Positions 23,600 through 36,670 of a stretch of 64,000 nt of DNA are shown here, piece after piece (within the stretch, counting starts at the first letter, position 1; each line of letters opens with the position of its first letter). Location of the stretch: contig NC_057718.1 of the NCBI RefSeq assembly GCF_004010195.1, positions 18,868,588 through 18,932,587 of the forward strand, written 5' to 3'. Source of the stretch: Chiloscyllium plagiosum. Lineage: Eukaryota. The notes below the pieces were generated by a model. It saw only the letters and a list, made by a program, of their open reading frames with translations, searched no databases and was not told the origin of the DNA. The position numbers were made by a program, and so were the translations under genes.

Positions 23600-24225
23600 C
23601 CCAGCACACCCAGGTTTGATGCAACATAATTTCCTCTGGTTAAAAATGATCAAGATCCAGGCCATCATAATTAACTCGCTGCAAGTTCTGTAACTTTGCC
23701 ATTGATTCTGTACTCATCCTAGCCTCTGTTGCCCAGACTTGTCATTTTTTCCTCCGTTCCCAAGCAGACCTTTTAACCTCACATCCTTTCCACTAGACTA
23801 CATCTAGTTCCAATTCTAACACACCCATCTCTGTTTCTTTTTCAGTCTACCTGCTGCTAACATTTTCCCTAACGATTTTGTCACCTCCAGGCTCAGTAAT
23901 ACTCCAATGCTGTTAGCCACCTGTTCTTTATTTTCCGTAAGCGTTACCCGATCCAAAACTCTGCTCCATACTTTTTGTCTCACAGCAAATCCCATTCAAC
24001 CATCAATACCGTGCTCAGCTCCACTCTCCAACAAAACAAATTTAAAACTTCCAGTCTCAAGTTTAAATCTCTACCGTTCCTCATCTCTCCCTCTTTCGAG
24101 ATACAATTCTCCTGCCCCACAATTTACTCCAGCCTTGGCATTCCTCTGACATCCTTTACATCTCTTTTTGTTCTACCCACAGCAGCTATGCTTTCAGCCA
24201 TCCCAGCCTCATGCTTTTGTTGGTA
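23600..24225 (+). mobile_element. L2-like LINE 3' remnant
   Basis: MQHNFLWLK..KIQAII, FVTSRLSNYSNA and FKILI-like L2 ORF2 C-terminal motifs. Confidence 0.55.
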
Positions 24226-24814
24226 ATATCTAGATACAGTGTTTTAGAATTGAACTTTTAGTTTCACAATTAAATCTTATGTGTTGAAAATGGAGTGAAA
24301 TGCAAGTAAAACAAGCTTAGAATCTATAGCAAGAAAGATAAGATCATAAAACATCAGGTGGAGAAGCTTGAATAATATGTGACCTTTTGTGGGCTTTTTG
24401 GTGGAGACATGACAGTATAATAATTTCAATTTTTTTAAATTATTAGAACTAAATTACTTTGAAAGCATTCAGTAAACTTTGAAGGATTACAAAATCTGTT
24501 TCTTTCTTCAGATCAAAGGAGGAATTTTGAATGAGGGATAATTAACTTATTCTGTTCAGGGACATCCAAGAGCAATCTATGTCATCATAGAGATTGCTGG
24601 AGCTCAGAGAGGTTCCCTGCTTTTAGTTCATCTGGATGTTTACTGTGAGCCTTAGTTCAATTTGGATCTGGTCTTTGGAGTTTGCAGTTCACTAAGGGAA
24701 CGTAACCAAATGATAGTCAATAGGGTTTTGTAATAAGCAGGGCAAATGTTCCTGCTTAATCCCAGTTTGAATTTTAGGGTAGAACAGGATTTGAAAGGTT
24801 TAAAGTCTGAAACC

Positions 24815-25685
24815 ATAGAATCATAGAGTCACACAGCAGGAAAACAGGCCCTTCGGTCTAACAAGTCCATGCTGATCATAATCCCAAATTAGACTAGAAA
24901 GTGAGGTCTGCAGATGCTGGAGATAAGAGCTGAAAATAGCCCAGCTTATGCCCGAAACGTCGATTCTCCTGTTCCCTGGATGCTGCCTGACCTGCTGCGC
25001 TTTTCCAGCAACACATTTTCAGCCCAAATTAGACTAGTCCCACCTGCATGAGCTTAGCCCAAATATTCTTATTTATGATTCTTATCACTTATCTAAATGT
25101 CTTTCAAACATTGTAAGTGCACCCACATCCACCACTTCCTCTGGAAGCTCATTCCACACACAAACAATCCTCTTTGTAAGTAAATTGCCCCTCATGTACT
25201 TTTAAACCTTAAAAATATGCTGCCTAGCTTTGAAATCCCCTTTCACAGGGAAAAGATATGTGCCATTCATCTTATCTATACCCAACATGATTTTATAAAC
25301 CTCAATAAGGCCAACCCTCAATCTCCTAACTTCAGTAGTAGCCAATCCAAATTCTCCCATTACTCAAGCCTTTCATTTCTGGCAACATCCTGGTAAATGT
25401 CATCAGAACCCTCTCCAGCTTAATAATATCCTCCCTATAAAAGGGTGACCAGAACTGTACACAGTACTCTAGGAGAGGCCTTACCAACGTCCTGTTCAAC
25501 ATTAACACAACATCCCAACTTCTATACTCAAAGTTCTGAGCAACGAAGGCCAGTGTGTTAAATGCCTTCTTAACAATCTATCTATATGTGATAAAAACTT
25601 CAAAAAATTATGTACCTAAACCCCTAGATCCCTCTTTTCTACAACACCCAAGATTTTATTTCTAGTTGTATAAGTCCTGCCAGTG
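24815..25685 (-). mobile_element. CR1 3' portion
   Basis: (ctatga)n-type tail on the minus strand; reverse-complement motif EYCVQFWSPFYREDIIKLERV. Confidence 0.8.
24898..25022. mobile_element. Mini PLE (inverted tail and half hammerhead)
   Basis: 15-bp TSD cccaaattagactag at 24883-24897 and 25023-25037. Confidence 0.85.
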
Positions 25686-25699
25686 GAGGAAAATTACAT

Positions 25700-27580
25700 T
25701 GGTCCTCACAGTGTCTTATGACAATAGGAAGCACCAAGGGATTAACTTGAAAGCTCTGAAAGGGCAAACAGAACCATGGGCTGAGACAACCATAGTGAAG
25801 AGATGGTAAGTGAAAGTCTTATCTCTGAATATCTAGAACTAAAAAGAATTAGAGATTCAAGAAATTAGAGACACCCACATGTAACAAAGGTGCCACAGTA
25901 ATAACGGGTGACTATAAATATACAAATAGACTGGTCAAACCACATTGGCAATAATACTGTGGCAGATTAATTCCTGGTGTGTATACAAGATGTTTTCTTA
26001 GACCAGTATGTAGAGGAACCACCTGAGGAATAGGCTATCCTGGATTTGGCTTTGGGCAATGAGAAAGTGTTAATTAATAATCTGGTTGTGACAGATTACA
26101 GACAGTATTTGACTAAAAAGGAGTCATATAAAGTTGTGCAAAAAGCTACCAAGCTGAGGACTGGGAACAGTTTAGAATTCAATAACAGGAGGTCCAAGAG
26201 TTTGATTAAGAAATACAGTACAAGGGTTAAGTTTTAAGGGACATAAAAGCAGATTGTAAGCTCTTCTAGAAATAGGTAAAAACAAATAGGCCACTGGAAT
26301 CTGAAAGGAGAGAATTGAAAATGGAGAGCAAGGAAATGGAGAGCAATTAAACAATTACTTTAGTTCTGTCTTTTCAAAAGAAGATACAATTAGACTCCCA
26401 GAAGGGCAAGGGAAGCAAAGGAAAGAAGCATCGAAAGAAATTAATGATAGTAAAAAATGTGCTGGAAAAACTAACGGAGTGAAAACTGATAAATCCCCAG
26501 GACATGATAATCTACATCCTAAGATATTAAACAAGGTGGCTATGGAGATAGTGGCTGCTTTGATTGTCATCTTCCAAAGTTCTGTACATTCTTTAGCTTT
26601 AAATTAATGGGGGGTAGGTATAGGACAGATGTTAGGGGTAGGTTCTTTACTCAGCGAGTCGTGAGTTCATGGAATGCCCTGCCAGTAGCAGTGGTGGACT
26701 CTTCCTCATTATGGGCATTTAAGCGGGCATTGGATAGGCATATGGAGGATAGTGGGCTAGTGTAGGTTAGGTGGGCTTGGATCGGCGCAACATCGAGGGA
26801 CGAAGGGCCTGTACTGCGCTGTATTCTTCTATGTTCTATGTTCTATTCTGGAACAGTCCCAGCAGACTGGAGGGCGACAAATGTAATCTAACTATTTCAA
26901 ATAGGATGGAAGAAGAACAGGCAATTATAAACCAGTTAGCCTACAATTAGTAATAGGAAAATTGCTAGACTCTATTGTAAAGGAAGTCATAACAGGACAC
27001 TTAGAAAATACCAACAGTACTACACAAAGTCAACATCGATTTATGAAAGGGATATCATGTTTGACAAGCCTACTGGAGTTTTTTGGAATAGGTAGGGCAG
27101 AAAGAGAGAACGTGATGTATTTGGATTTCAGAAAATTTTCGATTTATTACCACATTAGAAGTTATAATGCAAGATTAAATCACATGGGATTGGTGGTAAT
27201 ATACTGGCATAGACTGAGAATTGGTTAGTTAACAGGAAACAAAGGATAGGAATAAATGGGTTGTCTTCTGCTTAGCAGGTGGTGACTATGGGGTTACTGC
27301 AGCGGTCAGTGCTTGGGACTCAGCTGTTTAAAACATATATCAACAATTTGGATGAGGGAACCAAATGTAATATTTTCATGTTTGCTGATGATAAAACTAG
27401 GTGTGGTTGTGAGTGGTGAGGAGAATGTAAAGGGCATTCAGGATGATTTAGGCAAGTTGAATGAGTGGGGGAACGTACTATAATGTAGATAAGTATAAAG
27501 TTATACATTTCCGTTTTTAAAAATCTGTATGGCATTATATTATTCATAAAGTAATAAATTGGGAAATGTTGACGTCCAAA
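25700..27580 (+). mobile_element. Old CR1 ORF2 (EN-RT), continued at about 29075-30060; a younger CR1 3' piece is nested at about 26600-26845
   Basis: KTDKSPGHDNLHPKIL, NYKPVSL, SQHRFMKGISCLTSLLEFF and MFADD (27378-27392). Confidence 0.8.
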
Positions 27581-27584
27581 TTTT

Positions 27585-29070
27585 GCATCATCGATAGTCA
27601 CAGGTGAGGTGCCGGAAGACTGGAGGTTGGCAATATGATGCCACTGTTTACGAAAGGTGGTAAGGACAAGCCAGGGAACTATAGACCGGTGAGCCTGACC
27701 TCAGTGGTGGGCAAGTTGTTGGAGGGAATCCTGAGGTACAGGATTTACATGTATTTGGAAAGGCAAGGACTTATTAGGGATAGTCAACATGGCTTTGTGC
27801 ATGGGAAATCATGTCTCACAAACTTGATTGAGTTTTTTGAAGAAGTAACATAGAAGATTGATGAGGGCAGAGCAGTAGATGTGATCTATATGGACTTCAG
27901 TAAGGCGTTCGACAAGGGTCCCCATGGGAGACTGATTTGCAAGGTTAGATCTCATGGAATACAGGGAGAACTAGCCATTTGGATACAGAACTGGCTCAAA
28001 GGTAGAAGATAGAGGGTGTTGGTGGAGGGTTGTTTTTCAGACTGGAGGCCGTGACCAGTGGAGTGCCACAAGGATCGGTGCTGGGCCCTCTACTTTTGTC
28101 ATTTACATAAATGATTTGGATGCGAGCATAAGAGGTATAGTTAGTAAGTTNNNNNNNNNNNNNNNNNNNNNNNNNNNNNNNNNNNNNNNNNNNNNNNNNN
28201 NNNNNNNNNNNNNNNNNNNNNNNNNNNNNNNNNNNNNNNNNNNNNNNNNNNNNNNNNNNNNNNNNNNNNNNNNNNNNNNNNNNNNNNNNNNNNNNNNNNN
28301 NNNNNNNNNNNNNNNNNNNNNNNNNNNNNNNNNNNNNNNNNNNNNNNNNNNNNNNNNNNNNNNNNNNNNNNNNNNNNNNNNNNNNNNNNNNNNNNNNNNN
28401 NNNNNNNNNNNNNNNNNNNNNNNNNNNNNNNNNNNNNNNNNNNNNNNNNNNNNNNNNNNNNNNNNNNNNNNNNNNNNNNNNNNNNNNNNNNNNNNNNNNN
28501 NNNNNNNNNNNNNNNNNNNNNNNNNNNNNNNNNNNNNNNNNNNNNNNNNNNNNNNNNNNNNNNNNNNNNNNNNNNNNNNNNNNNNNNNNNNNNNNNNNNN
28601 NNNNNNNNNNNNNNNNNNNNNNNNNNNNNNNNNNNNNNNNNNNAGGCTGAACAGGCTGGGGCTGTTTTCCCTGGAGCATCGGAGGCTGAGGGATGACCTT
28701 ATAGAGGTTTACAAAATTATGAGGGGCATGGATAGGATAAATAGACAAAGTCTTTTCCCTGGGGTCAGGGAGTCCAGAACTAGAGGGCTTAGGTTTAGGG
28801 TGAGAGGTGAAAGATATAAAAGAGATCTAAGGAGCAACATTTTCACGCAGAGGGTGGTACATGTATGGAATGAGCCACCAGAGGATGTGGTGGAGGCTGG
28901 TACAATTGCAACATTTAAGATGCATTTGGATGGGTATATGAATAGGAAGGGTTTGGAGGGATATGGGCCAGGTGCTGGCAGGTGGGACTAGATTGGGTTG
29001 GGATATCTGGTCGGCATGGACAGGTTGGATCGAAGGGTCTGTTTCCATGTTGTACATCACTATGACTCTA
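27585..29070 (+). mobile_element. Young 5'-truncated CR1/HER1 LINE (RT to 3' UTR) spanning an assembly gap
   Basis: PLFTKGGKDKPGNYRPVSLTSVVGKLLE..SQHGFVHGKSCLTNLIEFFEEVT..GVPQGSVLGP and RLNRLGLFSLEHRRLRDDLIEVYKIM; (ctatga) tail. Confidence 0.95.
28151..28643. other. Assembly gap (run of N)
   Basis: N residues. Confidence 1.
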
Positions 29071-29494
29071 CGACTCAAAGCTGTTGCCCTTGTATACCAA
29101 TCACTGAAAGCAAGCAGGTGCTGCAAGCAATTAGAAGGCAAATGGTATTTTGACCTTTATTGCTGGAAGGTGAGAGTACTGGAGTAAGGATGTCTTATTG
29201 CAGCAGTACAGGGCCTCAGTAAAACCAAACCCAAAGTATTGTGTGCAGTTGTGGTCTCCTTAGCAAAGAAAAGATATGTGTGCCATTGAGGTAGAACACA
29301 ATGTTCATCAGGTGGATTCCTGGGATGGCAGGTTTGCCACGTATTTGTTGGAATTTAGAACAATGACAGGGATCTCTCTGAAATGTAATATTCTAATAGG
29401 GATGATCAGACTAGATGCAGGAATGATGATTCATTTGGCTGGGGGTACAGAACCAAGGGTCACAGTCTCAGGATACACTGTAAGACATTTCAGA

Positions 29495-29835
29495 CTGAGT
29501 CATAGAGTCGTACAGCACAGAAATAGACCCTTCAGTTCAACTAGTCTATGGCAAACATAATCCTAAACTAAACTAGTCACATCTACCTGCTCCTGGCCCA
29601 TATCCCTCCAAATCTTTCCTATTCATGTACTTATCCAAAAGTCTTTTAAACATTGTAATTGTCCTGACATCCTCCACTTCCTGAGGAAGTTCATTCCACA
29701 TGCGAACCACCCTCCTTTTTAAAAAAAATTGCCACTCTTGTTTTTTTAAAATCTCTCTCCTTTCACCTTAAAAAACTGCCCCCAATCTTGAAATCCCCTT
29801 GCTAGAGAAAAGACAACTACCATTAACTCTATCTA
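29495..29835 (-). mobile_element. CR1 3' end nested in an older CR1
   Basis: Same 3' UTR type as 24815-25685, minus orientation. Confidence 0.75.
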
Positions 29836-30499
29836 GATAAGAAGAAATAGCCTCACTCAGAGGATAGTGAACCTGTGGAATTCTCTAATTCAGAGATTGT
29901 AAGTATGAATCATTGAAAATGTTTAAAAAAGAAATACACTTCCAGACATTAAAGGCATCAAAGGGACTGTGGAGAGAACAAGAGTATGGCACTGAGATAG
30001 AGGATCAGCCATGATCATATTGAATAGCAAATGTGTCAAATGGCCTACTCTCCACTCCTATTTCCTTGTTTTAATGGGTGAAATTTTTATTGGTCCTCAA
30101 CAATATGGACTATGATGAAAAATCTGGGACAATCAGGCAAGAGTTCAAGCACAACTCATTACATTTTTAAACAGAGTTCTGGGCAATGAGGTGAGATTCC
30201 AAAGTGAAAATTGGAGTGGGTACTTGACAATTTCAGTTTGTCATTTGCTCCTCCACATCTCTGTCTTGGACACCCAGCACCAACATTTTGGAACACATTT
30301 AACAGGCATTAGGCACATACAATCTATATCCAATCCACATCAAACAAATGCCAGCCTCCTTGCATCATGGGAGATCTCCAATCTACTTACAGTCTGCATC
30401 AGCCTGCTGGACTTCAGGATGCATTGGAAACTATCATTGCAATGCTACTGCAATGTAGGTGCCCAGCTGCCATAAGATGCAGCATGGTCCAATACTGGC

Positions 30500-30986
30500 A
30501 GAAAGGAGAAGGACCGTCTTCCTACACTGCTGGATACTGCTCCAAATGGCTGTGACTGCACTGACCCAAGTGCAAACCTCAGACCAGGTTGGCAAGGTCT
30601 GATGTCATGGCCTCTTCTGCTGGCCCTGGAGAAGGAGGACATCTATTGACTGCACCACCATGTCTACCCAGGACCTTGTAGTCAAAAGTGAGAACTGCAG
30701 ATGCTGGAAATCAGAGACTTCTCCCACCCTCCTCTCTGACCTATCACCTTCATCCCCACTCCCATCCACCCATTGTACTCTTTGTTACCTTCTCCCCAGC
30801 CCCACCCCCTCCAATTTATCTCTCCACCTTCATTCCTAATGAAGGGCTTTTGCCTGAAACGTCGATATTCCTGCTCCTCGGATGCTGCCTGACCTGCTGT
30901 GCTTTTCCAGCACCACTCTAATCTAAACCCAGGACCTTGTAGTGTTTGTTCACAAAGCACGACACCACATTTCCTTTATCTGCCAT
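30500..30986 (-). pseudogene. Myb/SANT-like DNA-binding ORF remnant of a Harbinger transposon, split by a PLE insertion
   Basis: After removing 30683-30926 and one TSD copy: MADKGNVVSCFVNKHYKVL/VDMVVQSIDVLLLQGQQKRP*HQTLPTWSEVCTWVSAVTAIWSSIQQCRKTV (pattern F..L.VLV, W.EV...VS, QCRK). Confidence 0.7.
30683..30926. mobile_element. Mini PLE (family A) with inverted tail; hammerhead motif at about 30832-30867
   Basis: 17-bp TSD acccaggaccttgtagt at 30666-30682 and 30927-30943. Confidence 0.9.
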
Positions 30987-31785
30987 GCCCAGGTTAATAC
31001 CAAGAACTGTGTAGGGCAGTTCCGTACTAAGAGTGGTTGTCCAGGCCTACAGTGGCCACTTAAAATGGCACCAGCACCAGAGATGTCCATTCATATTGGG
31101 ACACGCAAGCATGGCGAGTTCTTCCAGTTAAGGCATGTAATAGAATTGCATTAGCATTAGACAGAAGAGCATCACAGGAGAGTGTTTGGTGGTTAGAAAG
31201 GCAAGTTTGATAAGATAAAGTGGAAAAACTAGTAAGGGCTCACAGAAAGAAACCTTCCATTACGCACGACAAAACTGACACAGAAAATAAAAATGTAAGA
31301 TTCAGTCCCATGTTTCCAGAAGACTATGGCACACTTTTGAGTGATTCCAAAGGAATTTAATAATTATATCTTTAAGTAAAAGAGAATTCTTGGAGGAAAT
31401 AAGAAGCATATTGAATGCATAATATATGTGGTTATAAACTATATTATTAATTATGAATGTTTTGTTTGAGTCTTTCATATATAGAAAAGTTTGTTTTTGC
31501 TTAAAACTTTGAAACTTGTGATGCAGTCCTATTGGCTAAAATGAGGAACTTTTGTTCAAATGTTAAGGGTCTTGAGTCAGATCATAATAATGAGGAATCT
31601 TCCCTCTAAATCATCCTGCTTCTCCAGCCCGCTCCATCAGCTCTCTGACCCAGCATTTAGGCTCGGCTCCTATTTAGAATAACTCCACAGAGGCCAGTAT
31701 CCCATCACCAAGTCACCCTTTATTTACCTGGAGAGAGTCCTTCACACTGATCTAGCTCTCTTAGAGCTTGCTCTCAGAGTGAACA

Positions 31786-32925
31786 GGCTGTGGTCTGTTA
31801 TTATTACAAATTTACATCCATCAATGTATTGGTAGAATTTCCTGACTCCAAATAGGACAGCCAAATCTTTCTTCGCTGTCTGGATGTAGCATTAGCAAAC
31901 GTCCTGAATGCATACATTATTGGGCATTCCTTTCCATTGGGCCACACATATATGCTAATACTACCTTGATGCTGTGCGGGGAGGCATCGCATGTCAATAT
32001 CAGATCTTGCTTGAGATCATAGTGTGTCATCATGTAGACTTCCTTGGTGTGAGAGAGTTCCACTAATGCCTTTAGAGATTCATAAAAATAACAGATCACA
32101 AAGCCCTGCGTGGGCTACTCAAAGAGGACGAGGCCATGCCACCCATAGCTTCAGGTTGAATTCCGCAATGGGCTCTCATTCTAAATACATGCAATTACAA
32201 GGTGGAACACCATCCGAGAGGCTAAGTAGCAAATGCAGATGCTTTGAGCTGCCTCTCGCTGGCAGATACACCACCGGTGGTATCACCACTCAAAGAGTAC
32301 ATGTGGTTTTAAACTTTCAAGACACTTCTAGTCACCACTACAACATGTGACTGTGGACACAAAAAGATCTGGTCCTGACAAAATGAAAACAGCTGGTCAT
32401 GATGGGGTAAACAAAAGGGCCATCACAACCAGAACTGAAACCTTTCTGGAGTCAGTGAGACCATATCACCATAGACGATAGCATTTTATTATGGGGAGCA
32501 AGAATGATTATCCTAAACAAAGGTCACCACTAGATATTGGCTGAACTCCACCAGGGTCATCCAACAGTGTTCAAAATGAAGATGTTACCGATTATGTCTG
32601 TTGGCCAGGATTGCAGGTGCGGCAGTGCCCAGAGTGCCAACAAGGACAAAAATTACCACCCGCAGCTCCCCCACATTCATGGGACTCCTAAACCCTGGAC
32701 CCAGTTACATATTGACTATGCCGGTCCTTTCATGGACTCAATGTTCTTCATCATTGTGGATCCCCATTCTAAGTGGCTGGACATGCATCAAACTCTTTCG
32801 TCAAACACTGAGATGATGATAGAAAAGCTGCAAGCACCTTTTACGATACATGTGGTTCCCAGAAGTATTGCTCACAGACAACAGCCCATCATTTACCAGC
32901 AGAGATTTTGAGTATTTCCCAAAGT
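31786..32925. mobile_element. Gypsy pol remnant (RNase H and integrase) with an inverted RNase H segment
   Basis: Minus 31786-32075: HYDLKQDLILTCDASP..GKECPIMYA. Plus 32085-32925: ITDHK..ANADALS..ELHQGHP..PWTQLHIDYAGPF..IIVDPHSKW. Confidence 0.8.
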
Positions 32926-32928
32926 TTT

Positions 32929-33371
32929 GAGAAGAATTGTAGCTCAGGTTGAGGTTCTGGATGTAGGTTTGCTCACTGAGCTGGAAGGTTCATTTCCAGA
33001 TGTTTCGTCACCCTACTAGGTAACATCTTCAGTGGGCCTCAAGTGAAGCACTACTGATAATACCTGCTTTCTATATATATGTTTGGGTTTCTTTGGGTTG
33101 GTGATGTCATTCCCTGTGGTGATGTCATTTCCTGTGGTGAAGTCACTTCCTCTTCTTTTTCTCAGGGGTTGTAGATAGGGTCTAATCCGATGTGTTTGTT
33201 GATAGACATCATCACAGGAAATTACATCACCAACGCAAAGAAACCCAAACATATAAATAGAAAGCAGGAATTATCAGCAGTGCTCTGCTTGAGGCCCACT
33301 GAAGATATTACCTAGTGGGGTGACAAAACGTCTGGAAATGAACCTTACAACTCTGAGTAAACCTACATCCA
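32929..33371. mobile_element. Fold-back Poseidon-like PLE (family B) of two inverted pLTRs, each with a hammerhead motif
   Basis: Inverted arms at about 32959-33125 and 33205-33371; hammerhead motifs at 32996-33035 (-) and 33296-33335 (+); same terminus as 50040-50220. Confidence 0.85.
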
Positions 33372-34019
33372 TATGTCAATGGTCAATAATGTGTCAAGGG
33401 TCACAACAGCCACTCAGGCAAAAAGTCAAAGCATCCCTAAAGCCAGTGGATCAATGTTCCTGTGAAAGACATCAAATAACAGAAAATAGAGGAGAAACGA
33501 AGTGGGATAAAAAGGTGACCATTTTAATCAGTACAGGCAATTTAATTTAAATGCAGATATAGAAATAGGTGAAGCAACCCCTAAGATAGCAGGTTGCTTC
33601 TTGTATTTCTATTAAACTGAAAAAGGAATATTCACAAGTGACTGATCATATTCGATTGCAATAGGCACATCTCATTACCATAAAGGCAGTTGTACAATCA
33701 GTGGAGTACTGACATAAAAATCAATGTCCTTCCATAGAAATCCCAGTCTCATTCTGCCAAAGTACAAAGACCATGCCACCTTTAAGTAGCTGAGTGGCAG
33801 AATGCCTCGCTCCACTGAATCATGTAACACAGAGGAAACCCATATTATCTAGTACGTTCTGTATTCCAATAGGTTTCAAATATCCAAATCATTCAACAGG
33901 GGGGTGGGAGATGCCAACCGCTAAGCTTAATTCAAACCTATCAAAAGTTCCTCAGGCTTGAAAGACATTTTCAAGGACTATTCCAATGCTACTGAACTGA
34001 CTTCTCACATTTTAGCCTC

Positions 34020-34500
34020 TGTGAACTTGGGGTCATCCAACTGCCTGTGATATTGCTCACACTAAAACCTGCTCACCTGTCATCCTTGCACTCACTGACA
34101 TACCTTGGCTCCATCAAGCAAAGGCTTGATTTTAAAATTCTCATCCTAGTTTTCAAATCCCTCCATTGTCTCTAACATTCCTAATGTTATAATTCCCTGC
34201 AGCCCCACAAGCCTCTAAACAACTTCGGTTTATTTAATTCTGGCCTCTCCAAATCCCCAATTTTACTTGCTCACCACTGGTGGCTTTGTCTTCAGTTACC
34301 ACGGTTGTAAGTTCTGGAATTCCTTCCTGGCCTCTATTTTTCTTTCTTCCATTAAAATGTCCTTTATAAACTACCTTTTCAACCCTTGTGGCCATCAGTA
34401 TTAATATCTTCTTATGAAACTTGATGTCATACTTTGTTTTATAATGCTCCTATGGAGCATCTTGGCACATTTCATTACATCAAAGGTACTATAAGTTGTT
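34020..34500 (+). mobile_element. L2-like LINE 3' end
   Basis: QRLDFKILILVFKSLH motif at about 34118-34168; tail ...aaaggtactataagttgttt. Confidence 0.65.
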
Positions 34501-36329
34501 TGAGAATTAAATCTTGAATTTTCACCAGATCAATTTCTTTTACAAAAGAAACCTCGAGCCACTTGGAGACACTTGGATCATGCCAGGTGTAAACCTGTCA
34601 GCAATTTTCAAAGTAAAATTACAGTCAGGACTTGAAACAAGTGGGATCTGTGCCAAGTCAACAAATGAGCTGTTGGTTAAGATCTGGCAGGCTGCTTAGC
34701 ATTTGGAACGTGTGCAATCTTGTGCCAACTTCAATGCTGTGGCTTTTCAGTGTCAGAGATTTTTTTAAAGTTATGATCAAGGCAGGCTAAACTGGAGAGC
34801 CAGTCTTTCTGGGAACCTGAAAGATTTAGCTTCAGCCAAGGAGAGTATGGCCAAGTCAAACATCCAAACCTTGGCTGATCAGTCATCCTTCATAAGTGTT
34901 TGGTATTCAGTTCTGTTATTTCACAAAAGCCAAAATGTTCTCTCAACAGTTTTCCATGAAAGCCTTTACAATTTAGAGTGTATCAAGAAGCAACATATGA
35001 TTTTCATTTATGTTTTACAGGCCAGCACATATATTGAAAAACATAGCATTGTTTGCAATGATTTCTGGCTTTAATCACTTGATAAAATGTTTAGTTGACG
35101 GTTCAGTTCTACATTTACATTTTATTCCTGTGACTACCTCTGTTTATTTACTATAGGAATGTTCTAGATCACCATCCTTTCTCCTTTCAGATGTCAGAAA
35201 CCACATCAGAAGTTTCAATTACACAGACACTTTCCAAGGAGTCAGCTGCATCAGAACTTTGCATCGTCCCGACATGCAACTCCTGTCTACTTTGGTCGAA
35301 TGGAAAGATCTGGGCTATTGAATGAAATAGCAATTTTTTTGTGAACTATTAGGAAATTAATCTATATGGGATATATGAAACTAACATACTCTTCAATTTT
35401 TTGCCCATTCACTGGGCATACTAGAGTTAAAAATCAACATCATAAAAGCAGATTACTCAGTTATTATCCCTTTGTTGGTCGTGGGAGTTTGTTTGTGCAA
35501 AATAAAATCTTCTCTAGCTCCTGACTAACTACAAAGATTGAATCCTTGAAGCACCATTATCACCGCCTGACCAATCATTACTCCATCATCCCTGACTAGT
35601 TCCCCACCTTTCAGACACCCATAAGATATTCTCTACCTCCAAACTCCTCCATAGAAAGAACAGTGCCCCTCAAACCAAAACTTTCATCAGACCCAATACC
35701 AGGGGCAACCAACTCCCAAACCTTTAAGAACCTGACTGCCCTCCACACTCCCATCCCGAACTAGACTCATCCAGACAGCCCAGAAATCCCGTTCCCTGAG
35801 CCAAGCCCTGACCTATCCTCAGCTCTCATTCATTTACCTGTTGTCCTAGTTATCAACTACCTGGCATATATTTCCTTCCACCTGCCTGTCACTTGAATAT
35901 CTCCCCACCTGAAACCTATAACCATGACCAATGTGGCACCCTATCCTAATCCACCTGGCAAACCACCCATTACTCACCTGGCACCTTACATACTCATCCA
36001 CCTGAAACCTACCCCTCATCCACCTGCTACCTAACATGCCACCCAACCTGCCATTCTATTCTGTCAATTCCCTTACACATGTACCTTCCCTCAGCAGATT
36101 CCAAAATGGCTTTAGGAGCTTGAAATCATAGAATGTGGCACCAACTGTTGCAAAAGAAGGCATGGTTTCAGCACAAATCCTCTCATCTACTGGGATTCCT
36201 GAACTGTTTCACCTGGGAAGGTTCCTAGTCCACAGATTCACTGGAAAACTCCTCCAAAGGTAAGTGGGTGACTTTCAGTCTGATCTATGTCCGAAAAAGG
36301 GATCCCCACCCAAGTCTGAAGATTTATAT

Positions 36330-36670
36330 GAACACACACATTAAGACCAGATATAGGCGTTTCAGTCCTTCAACTCTGCTCCACCATTCAATATTATCAG
36401 ACCAAATCTATTTGTACTTTGAATTTTACATTCCTGTAACAATAAAGCTAATTCTAACTCTAATTCTACCCCCATGATTTTTGATTCACTTGCCTGACAT
36501 GAATATATCTACTTCTGCCTTAAAAAGACTCAAAGACCTTGCTTCCACCACTTTCATAAGCAGATAGTTTCAAAGTCACACAACCCTCTGACAGAAAATA
36601 TCCCCCTTTCCTCAAAGGGCAACCCCTGGTTTTTAAACAGTGTCCCCTGATTCTGGACTCACCCATAATT
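36330..36670 (-). mobile_element. CR1 3' fragment
   Basis: Reverse complement of FQRVV.LWN.L..KVVEAR-type CR1 terminus. Confidence 0.6.

Noticed and set aside
27996..28991. Longest ORFs in the track (250 and 291 aa)
   Set aside because: Artefacts of translating through the N gap inside a CR1 element
36098..36259. 162-nt segment between a cag acceptor and a perfect AAG|GTAAGT donor
   Set aside because: Stops in all three frames, and it lies next to low-complexity C-rich sequence
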